Below are positions 1 through 5,809 of a stretch of 5,943 nucleotides of DNA, piece by piece. Under the pieces are notes generated by a model. That model did not search any database. It had not been told where the DNA came from and saw only the letters and a program-made list of their open reading frames with translations. A program made the translations under genes and the position numbers. The DNA lies in NCBI RefSeq assembly GCF_006345805.1, contig NW_021829818.1:1-5943 (forward strand), written 5' to 3'. Within the stretch, counting starts at the first letter, position 1. Each line of letters starts with the position of its first letter. Source of the DNA: Octopus sinensis (taxonomy: Eukaryota).

Positions 1-156
1 TGCACACACATACATACACACACACACATAAACATACACATATATAAACAGAAAGAGAGAGAAGGAGAAAAGAGAGAGAGAAAGAGAGAGAAAAAGAGAG
101 AGTGAGGGAAAGAGAGAGTTGGAGAGAAAGAAAGGGAGAGAGAGAGAGAGAGAGAT
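1..156. repeat. Compound microsatellite: degenerate (CA/TA)n then (GA)n
   Basis: Directly visible CA/TA repeats at 1-48 and a GA-rich purine run at about 49-156. Confidence 0.95.
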
Positions 157-200
157 TGTACTATTGGCAAAATACCGAAGCCAAAAATACGGTCAGGTTT

Positions 201-370
201 GAGGGCACGTAGATTAGTGGTAAAGGTGCTACACTCACGACCACGAGATCGTAGTTTCGATTCCCCGACAGGGCGGTGCATTAAGTTCTTGAGTAAGTCA
301 CTTTATTTCACATTGTTTTGCAATCACTTCATGTTTTGCGATCACTTCAACATCTGACGTGTGGCACAAC
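201..370 (+). mobile_element. Diverged tRNA-derived SINE with CORE-like domain (same family as 1661-1813)
   Basis: A-box-like TAGATTAGTGG and B-box-like AGTTTCGATTCC (253-264), then GTTCTTGAGTAAGTCACTTTATTTCACATTG, which aligns with GTTCTTGAGCAAGATACTTTATTTCACATTG of the minus-strand copy at 1661-1813. Contains an 18-bp internal tandem duplication (314-331/332-349, one mismatch). Confidence 0.75.
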
Positions 371-394
371 GGAACTTGAACAGACAATATACAC

Positions 395-396
<2 letters not shown>

Positions 397-448
<52 letters not shown>
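397..448. repeat. (GA)n microsatellite
   Basis: Near-perfect GA run with a single AA interruption. Confidence 0.97.
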
Positions 449-553
449 CCACTTATGCACAACCCGAACATTTGATCATCATAAATAAATAATCTGTGCT
501 GGTCATTCATCAAAAAATTGTGGAGATTATCAAGACAAATGTCTTACTGCTGT

Positions 554-674
554 CAGCGCTGGATTAACCCTTAAGCAAAATAAGCACGTGATTAGGGCAT
601 CGAAGCAACTGAGGGCACCACAGAAATTGTAAATAGTTTACGGCACATTAGAAATCGTTTTAAACTTGCTAAAA
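554..674 (+). mobile_element. Probable terminal/subterminal region of a non-autonomous hAT-like DNA transposon
   Basis: Starts CAGCGCTGGATTAACC...TAGGGCATC...GGGCACC, resembling from memory the CAG-initiated GC-rich ends of hAT MITEs, and runs directly into the hAT transposase remnant at 675-814. No partner TIR was found in the window. Confidence 0.4.
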
Positions 675-814
675 TAAACATTATTGAGTGTGCCTCTCCA
701 AATTACCTTTCCTATATTTTTAACATTAAGGGTCACAAATTGCTCAGCTAAGCGTTCATTTTCTCAGTTGAAGTAAATTAAAAATCTCATCAAAACAATG
801 CAACAAGGGTACCA
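675..814 (+). pseudogene. hAT transposase C-terminal dimerisation-domain remnant (copy 1)
   Basis: Translation gives NIIECASPN, a frameshift, then FPIFLTLRVTNCSAKRSFSQLK*IKNLIKTMQQG (708-809). This matches the hAT dimerisation motif FPN...LRIFLTLPVTxCSAERSFSxLKxIKxxLRSTM (Dimer_Tnp_hAT type). It has an in-frame stop and a frameshift. Confidence 0.8.
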
Positions 815-1661
815 GTCGATTACATCGACCCCAGTGCGTAACTGGCACTTAATTTATCGACCCCGAAACGATGAAAGGCAAAACCCACCTCGGCGGTTTT
901 TGAACTTGGAGCATAGCGATAGACTATATACCGCTAAGCACTTCGTCCAGCGTGCTAACGATTTTTATTTCTTTATTGCCCACAAGGGGCTAAACATAGA
1001 GGGGACAAACAAGGACAAAGGGATTAAGTCGATTACATCGACCCCAGTGCGAAACTGGTACTTAATTTATCTATCCCGAAAGGATGAAAGCAAAGTCGAC
1101 CTCGGCGGAATTTGAACTCGGAACATAGTGGCGGACAAAATACCTATTTCTTTACTAACCACAAGGGGCTAAACACAGAGGAGACAAACAAGGACAGACA
1201 AACGGATTAAGTCGATTACATCGACCACAGTGCGTAACTGGTCCTTAATTTAATCGACCCCGAAAGGATGAAAGGCAATGCCGACCTCGGCGGAATTTTG
1301 AACTCAGAACGTAATGACAGATGAAATACCTATTTCTTTATTACCAACAACGAGGCTAAACATAGAGGGGACAAACAAAGACAGACAAACGGATTAAGTC
1401 GGTTACATCGACCCCAGTGCGTAACTGGTACTTATTTTAATCGACCCCGAAAGGATGAAAGGCAAAGTCGACCTCGGCGGAATTTGAACTCAGAACGTAA
1501 CGCTAGACGTAACTCAGAACGTAACTCAGAACGTAACGCTACGCATAACTCAGAACGTAACTCAGAACGTAACGCTAGACGTAACTCAGAACGTAACTCA
1601 GAACGTAACGCTACGCATTTCGCCCGGCGTGCTAACGTTTCTGCCAGCTCGCCGCTGCCTT
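815..1661 (-). mobile_element. tRNA-derived SINE array: one head-bearing unit plus three tandem 3' units (about 183-213 bp period)
   Basis: Minus-strand head GGCGAGCTGGCAGAAACGTTAGC (A-box-like) and GAGTTCAAATTCC (B-box-like), followed by GCCTTTCATCCTTTCGGGGTCGATAAATTAAGTACCAG. The marker GTCGATTACATCGAC recurs at 815, 1028, 1211 and 1398 (one mismatch in the last). The central motif resembles from memory the domain shared by Sauria/Squam1 and Meta-type SINEs; family name unverified. Confidence 0.85.
1487..1618. repeat. Perfect hierarchical 12-bp minisatellite, 11 units, order ABAACAABAAC
   Basis: A=AACTCAGAACGT, B=AACGCTAGACGT, C=AACGCTACGCAT. Units parse without mismatch from 1487 to 1618 with an exact 72-bp period. 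Confidence 0.95.
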
Positions 1662-1813
1662 ACGTCACAACCCATTTCAACAGCTGAGTGAACTGGAGCA
1701 ATGTGAAATAAAGTATCTTGCTCAAGAACACACCACACAGCCCGGTGCGAGAATCGAACTCACTATCTCGTGATTGTGAGCCCGACGCTGTAGCCACTGA
1801 GCCATGCGCCTTC
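1661..1813 (-). mobile_element. tRNA-derived CORE-type SINE, 3'-truncated
   Basis: Minus strand has a clean A box TGGCTCAGTGG, a B box GAGTTCGATTC, then GTGTTCTTGAGCAAGATACTT...CACTCAGCTGTTGAAATGGG, resembling the MIR/CORE domain. It ends abruptly at the head of the 815-1661 SINE array. Confidence 0.85.
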
Positions 1814-1831
1814 ACACAACAGTAATAATAA

Positions 1832-2056
1832 TACTCTTTACTCTTTTACTCTTTTACTTGTTTCAGTCATTTTGACTGCGGCCATGCTGGAGCACCGCCT
1901 TTAGTCGATCAAATCGACCCCAGGACTTATTCTTTGTAAGCCCAGTACTTATTCTATCAGTCTCTTTTGCCGAACCGCTAGGTAACGGGGACATAAACAC
2001 ACCAGCATCGGTTGTCAAGCAATGCTAGGGAGACAAACACAGACACACAAACACAG

Positions 2057-2117
<61 letters not shown>

Positions 2118-2271
2118 TACGACAGGCTTCTTTCAGTTTCCGTCTACCAAATCCACTCACAAGGCATTGGTCGGCCCGGGGCAATAGCAGAAGACACTTG
2201 CCCAAGATGCCACGCAGTGGGACTGAACCCGGAACCATGTGGTTGGTTAGCAAGCTACTTACCACACAGCC
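1832..2271 (-). mobile_element. Long tRNA-derived SINE with CORE-like segment and central microsatellite (copy 1)
   Basis: Minus strand: GGCTGTGTGGTAAG (A-box-like), GGGTTCAGTCCC (B-box-like), CTTGGGCAAGTGTCTT (CORE-like), an internal (AT)n(GT)n tract at about 2030-2120, and a 3' end GGCGGTGCTCCAGCATGGCCGCAGTCAAAATGACTGAAACAAG with a (TAAAAGAG)n tail. Lacks the first 14 nt present in copy 2. Confidence 0.88.
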
Positions 2272-2668
2272 TTTTTTCATTTCTTTATCCTTTTACTTGT
2301 TTCAGTCATTTTTTACTATGGCCATGCTGGAGCACCGCCTGTTAGTCGAAGAAGTCTACCCCTGGACTTACTCTTCGTAAGTTTAGTACTAGTTCTTTCG
2401 GTCCCTTAGACCGAACCACTAAGTTACAGGGAGGTAAACACACCAACATCAGTTGTCAAGTGATGAAGGGGACACTAAGAAACAAATATATATACATATA
2501 TACGACAGGCTTCTTTCAGTTTCCGTCTACCAAATCCACTCACAAAGCATTGGTCGGCCCGGGGCTATAGCAGAAGACACTTGCCCAAGGTGCCATGCAG
2601 TGGGACTGAACCCGGAACCATGTGGTTGGTAAGCAAGCTACTTACCACACAGCCACTCCTACGCCTAT
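2272..2668 (-). mobile_element. Long tRNA-derived SINE (copy 2), head-to-tail with copy 1
   Basis: Collinear with 1832-2271. Has a complete head ATAGGCGTAGGAGTGGCTGTGTGG, only a short internal (AT)n tract, and a more diverged 3' half. Confidence 0.88.
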
Positions 2669-2776
2669 AGACATAAATCTTAAATATGATTGGTTCCGTA
2701 TTATCTTCATCTTTGCAGTTCCGACATCGTGGCTCAGGTTTAGATGATAAACCACATAGATCAATATATACATAGC

Positions 2777-2963
2777 TGTGTGTATGCATCGGTATTTGGT
2801 TACGTGTATGTGTACATGTGTGTGCCGGCCTGTGTGTGTATGTGTGTGCATGTGTGTGTATGTATGTGAGAGAGAAAACATGAAGAATTAGTGTGTGCGT
2901 ATATGTGTATGCATGCGTCTGGATCAAGGTATGTATGTATGTATGTATGTATGTATGTATGTA

Positions 2964-2996
<33 letters not shown>

Positions 2997-3278
2997 ATCT
3001 ATGTATGATGCGTGTGTATATGCATGCGTATATGCGTGCCTGTGCATGTATATGTGTGAATGTATATTTGGACATGTATATATAAGTATATATGCATGTG
3101 TGTTTGCTTGCATGTGTAAGCATGTACATAGGTATGTGTGTGTATGTACATAGGTATGTGTGTGTATGTATCTATTTGACAGTCAGTCTCTGTCCGTCTC
3201 TGTGAATCTATGTGTGTGTGTCTGGATATAAACATGTGTGTGTGTGTGTTTGTGTATGTGTGTGTATGTGTGTGTGTA

Positions 3279-3311
<33 letters not shown>
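2777..3311. repeat. Long compound/degenerate (TG)n, (ATGT)n, (TA)n microsatellite tract
   Basis: Directly visible, including a perfect (ATGT)n run at about 2929-2964 and (TG)n at about 3283-3310. Confidence 0.95.
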
Positions 3312-3313
<2 letters not shown>

Positions 3314-3325
3314 ATATAAATATTT

Positions 3326-3551
3326 GAGGGGTGCTGAAAAATTCCTGGTTGTGAGGGTATCGTGAAAGGTTTGGTGGGAAGTTTGGTCGGAGGCCCAACC
3401 TTCTGAGTTCTTTCACGGGGCTCAAAAAAACTGAAGGACCACTGCACTAAGTGTGTGAACCTGAGAGGGGAACATGTTCGATAAAACCAAAATTAACTGA
3501 TTCTCCTGTATTTTCTTTTACCCGAAGTCAGGAACTTTTCAGCGTCCCCTC
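3326..3551 (+). mobile_element. Tc1/mariner-derived MITE with TIRs and transposase C-terminal remnant
   Basis: Left TIR GAGGGGTGCTGAAAAATTCCTGGTT (3326-3350) versus reverse complement of 3525-3551, GAGGGGACGCTGAAAAGTTCCTGACTT. Internal 3384-3484 translates, with one frameshift, as WSEAQPSEFFHG/LKDHCTKCVNLRGEHVR*, matching the mariner C-terminus WLxxQPxEFFxxGIxKLxxRWxKCVxxxGxYVE*. TA target duplication is eroded. Confidence 0.85.
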
Positions 3552-3609
3552 ACACACACGCACGCACGCACGCACGCACACACACAAATGCAAATATGTA
3601 TGTATGTAT
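3551..3609. repeat. (CA)n/(CACG)n/(ATGT)n microsatellite linker
   Basis: Directly visible between the MITE and the direct-repeat element. Confidence 0.9.
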
Positions 3610-3717
3610 CCCTCCTGGTGACGTTGATGATCGCCTGGGGCTAAATGCATCAGTAACACCCCCACCGCCCTGCCCTGTCCCTAGCCACATTCAGATGGCT
3701 GATGTCCCTTATGTTAT
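3610..3717. repeat. 108-bp direct repeat, copy 1
   Basis: Base-for-base identical to 3966-4073 by manual alignment; offset 356 bp. Confidence 0.97.
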
Positions 3718-3965
3718 GGAGCAGTTACTGTTTATATCTCGTTTAGAGAATTATTATTGCTTTCGAACGGATTTTCTACATCAGTAAATGTATTTACTGT
3801 GAAAATCTTTAAATATAGCCTGCACAGAGAGTTATTCGTCGAGGAGCGGTGCCTGCCATGCGTTGATAATAGGCAAATACCTTGAAACCTAGGTCCGTAT
3901 GTGGCATCCGCTTCTTCGGGGAATGATCTCCCTTTGCAGGCTAGAGGACACCGTGATGGTGTCAG

Positions 3966-4073
3966 CCCTCCTGGTGACGTTGATGATCGCCTGGGGCTAA
4001 ATGCATCAGTAACACCCCCACCGCCCTGCCCTGTCCCTAGCCACATTCAGATGGCTGATGTCCCTTATGTTAT
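3966..4073. repeat. 108-bp direct repeat, copy 2
   Basis: Base-for-base identical to 3610-3717. Confidence 0.97.
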
Positions 4074-4080
4074 ATATATA

Positions 4081-4370
4081 CTCTTTCTCTTTTTCTCTTT
4101 TTAGCCCTTTTCAAGGCTAGCCAGGCTCATGGGCCCCGTTTCCCGGTTTCTGTGGCGTATGTGTTCCTTCCAAGCTGGACGGGACGCCAGTCCATCGCAG
4201 CGTTACTCAAGAAACAGGAAGTAAGAGTGAGAGAAAGTTGGGGCGAAAGAGTACAACAGGGGCCGTCCCCCACCTGCCGGAGGCTCGTGTAGCTTTAGGT
4301 GTTTTTCGCTCAATAAACACATAAAACGCCCGCTCTGGGAATCGAAACTACAGGGCCATTGCGCCTCCAC
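4081..4370 (-). mobile_element. tRNA-derived SINE, variant A (head internally deleted), flanked by (TA)n
   Basis: Minus strand GTGGAGGCGCAATGGCCC, apparent loss of the A-box/anticodon segment, then B box GTTTCGATTCCC. 4210-4348 aligns with 4887-5027. The 3' half is distinct (TGCGATGGACTGGCGTCCCGTCCAGC...AGAAACCGGG) and ends in an (AAAAGAG)-like tail. Confidence 0.8.
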
Positions 4371-4383
4371 TATATATATATAG

Positions 4384-4541
4384 TGTCCTTGTTTGTCCCC
4401 TCTATGTTTAGCCCCTTGTTGGTAGTAAAGAACATCGTATATCACTATGTTGTGAGTTGAAAATCCGCCGAGGTCGATTTTGCCTTTCATCCTTTCGGGG
4501 TTCATAAGTACCAGTTGCGTATTGGGGTCGATCTAATCGAC
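4384..4541 (+). mobile_element. Fragment of the 815-1661 SINE family in inverted orientation
   Basis: GTCCTTGTTTGTCCCCTCTATGTTTAGCCCCTTG...CCGCCGAGGTCGATTTTGCCTTTCATCCTTTCGGGG...GGGGTCGATCTAATCGAC is the reverse complement of about 815-1017, with internal deletions. Confidence 0.88.
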
Positions 4542-4681
4542 TGGCGCCCTTGTTGCATTGTTTTGATGAGATTTTTAATTTATTTCCACTGAGAAAATGA
4601 ACGCTTAGCCGAGCAATTTGTGACCCTTAATGTTAAAAATATACGAAAGCTAATTTGGAGAGGCACACTCAATAATGTTTA
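4542..4681 (-). pseudogene. hAT transposase dimerisation-domain remnant (copy 2, inverted)
   Basis: Minus-strand translation FRIFLTLRVTNCSAKRSFSQWK*IKNLIKTMQQGR. Seven mismatches over 141 bp against the reverse complement of 675-815, with the same stop and frameshift. Confidence 0.8.
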
Positions 4682-4695
4682 TATATATATATATA

Positions 4696-5072
4696 TTTTT
4701 GGAAGCACTCCGTCGGTTCCGACGACGAGGGTTCCAGTTGATTCGATCAACGGAACAGCCTGCTCGTGCAATTAACGTGTAAGTGGCTGAGCACTCCACA
4801 GACACGTGCACCCTTAACGTAGTTCTCGCGGATATTCTGCGTGATACAGAAGTGACAAGGCCGGCCCCTTGAAATACATGTACAACAGAAACAGGAAGTA
4901 AGAGTGAGAGAAAGTTGTGGTGAAAGAGTACAGCAGGGATCACCACCATCCCCTGCCGGATTCTCGTGGAGCTTTAGGTGTTTTCCACTCAATAAACACA
5001 CACAACGCCCGGTCTCGGAATCGAAACCGCGATCCTCCGACCGCGAGTCCCTGCCCTAACTACTCTGGGCAT
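4696..5072 (-). mobile_element. tRNA-derived SINE, variant B (tRNA-Arg-like head), flanked by (TA)n
   Basis: Minus-strand head ATGCCCAGAGTAGTTAGGGCAGGGACTCGCGGTCGGAGGATCGCGGTTTCGATTCCGAGACCGGGCG. Shares its 5' module with 4081-4370 but has a different 3' half ending GGAACCCTCGTCGTCGGAACCGACGGAGTGCTTCC. May correspond to a described octopus OR-type SINE (unverified). Confidence 0.82.
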
Positions 5073-5097
5073 ATATATATATATATATATATATATA

Positions 5098-5142
<45 letters not shown>

Positions 5143-5194
5143 TATATATATATTATATATATATATAGATATATATATATATATATATATATAT
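5071..5194. repeat. Compound (AT)n(CA)n(AT)n microsatellite
   Basis: Directly visible. Confidence 0.96.
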
Positions 5195-5236
5195 TGTCTT
5201 CGAAATTCATCTCACAACACATTAGTCACTTCCGCG

Positions 5237-5340
5237 ATGAAACCGAAGAAGTTTTGTCCAAGCCACCCGATGGTGGGATGGAACTCGTAACCACAGGCTT
5301 GTAAAACGTACTTCATACCTCGCATGACAGTCATAGCCGA
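5237..5340 (-). mobile_element. Highly diverged head fragment of the long SINE family (1832-2668)
   Basis: Minus strand GCGAGGTATGAAGTACGTTTTACAAGCCTGTGGTTACGAGTTCCATCCCACC...CTTGGACAAAACTTCTTC is collinear with GTGTGGTAAGTAGCTTGCTTACCAACCACATGGTTCCGGGTTCAGTCCCACT...CTTGGGCAAGTGTCTTC. Confidence 0.6.
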
Positions 5341-5614
5341 CAGTTATTATCGCAAAACTTTTAACAACAGTTTGCCAAGAAAAACTTCCACAGAATCTTT
5401 ATTCGCCGCGCCAGTTTATTCGATTTTATTTCCTCATGTTGTTTAATGTCTTTCCACTTGTCTATTATTATAAAGATAATGCGAAAATATTTCCTCCTTC
5501 TTTTCCTATTTCTTTTTCCCCGTCTCCCTCCGTCTCTCCATTCTTTTCTTCTCTCGATTTCTTATTTGTTTTAACCATATCTCACCCATCTGTCTCTCTT
5601 TCTCTCGCTTCCAG

Positions 5615-5624
5615 TAGATGGCAG
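5615..5624 (+). other. Candidate microexon (10 nt, or 7 nt ATGGCAG from the alternative TAG acceptor)
   Basis: Long pyrimidine-rich tract (about 5480-5612), branch-like TTTAAC/CTCAC 30-45 nt upstream, acceptor TTCCAG, donor CAG|GTAATG. Motif evidence only. Confidence 0.3.
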
Positions 5625-5809
5625 GTAATGTTAAACTGATTTATAATTCATATGCTAGCACCAGAAAGTCCATTAAACAGCGTCGTGGCATGATTCTTGT
5701 CTGTTAATGCAGGCTGGTGTTTTAAAAATATATCGATTTCTTGGGAACTCAACTACAAATTGATCGCTGGGTGTGACAAATAAGATAGTGTGTCTGACAT
5801 CCACAGCGC

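Larger units (their letters stand above)
3610..4073 (+). mobile_element. Unclassified 464-bp direct-repeat-bounded element (candidate Penelope-like pLTR or retrozyme-like insert)
   Basis: Identical terminal repeats, non-microsatellite 248-bp interior, microsatellite flanks, no TG...CA ends and no evident PBS or PPT. A degenerate hammerhead-like motif sits in each repeat. The classification is inference. Confidence 0.4.

Noticed and set aside
798-1115. 105-aa ORF with an internal repeat (SITSTPVRNW twice)
   Set aside because: It is the antisense read-through of two tandem SINE units starting at a Met of the hAT remnant.
815-1412. CRISPR-like look: a palindromic motif recurring at semi-regular spacing
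   Set aside because: The intervening sequences are homologous to each other rather than unique spacers, the period is about 185 bp, the context is eukaryotic, and there are no cas genes.
1420-1480. HDV-like ribozyme in the SINE central domain
   Set aside because: A 7-bp stem is possible, but P3 does not close and there is no P1.1 GG or J4/2 catalytic C in the required positions.
1740-1810. Functional tRNA gene
   Set aside because: A and B boxes are intact, but I cannot fold a full cloverleaf and the sequence continues into a CORE-like SINE body.
2680-2745. Minus-strand CRNCKDEDNTEPIIF resembling a LINE C-terminal zinc-knuckle
   Set aside because: The conserved His and final Cys are absent and there is no flanking RT/RNase H similarity.
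1978-3447. Long ORFs in the supplied track (e.g. 2565-3113 minus, 2012-2380 plus, 2893-3153 plus)
   Set aside because: The translations are HT/YI/CV/MYV repeats produced by stop-free microsatellites and SINE sequence; no protein-like content.
3620-3706. Box C/D snoRNA reading of the direct repeat (TTGATGA ... CTGA, 78 nt apart, GACG/TGTC terminal stem)
   Set aside because: Non-canonical box C first base, no clear C'/D' boxes, and no rRNA or snRNA complement I can recognise upstream of box D. A snoscan or snoReport run would settle it.
3747-3777. Minus-strand hammerhead-like CTGATGT...CGAAAG
   Set aside because: A9 is missing, helix II does not pair convincingly, and the upstream strand is tied up in the 3782-3799 hairpin.
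3772-3830. FYISKCIYCENL*I*PAQR resembling the GIY-YIG N-terminal YxxxCxxCxxxYIG motif
   Set aside because: Needs two stop reversions and overlaps the C-terminal-like motif in another frame; both cannot be real, so treated as chance.
3610-4073. TRIM or LTR-retrotransposon interpretation
   Set aside because: No TG...CA termini, no recognisable tRNA-complementary PBS, no polypurine tract and no target-site duplication on either strand.
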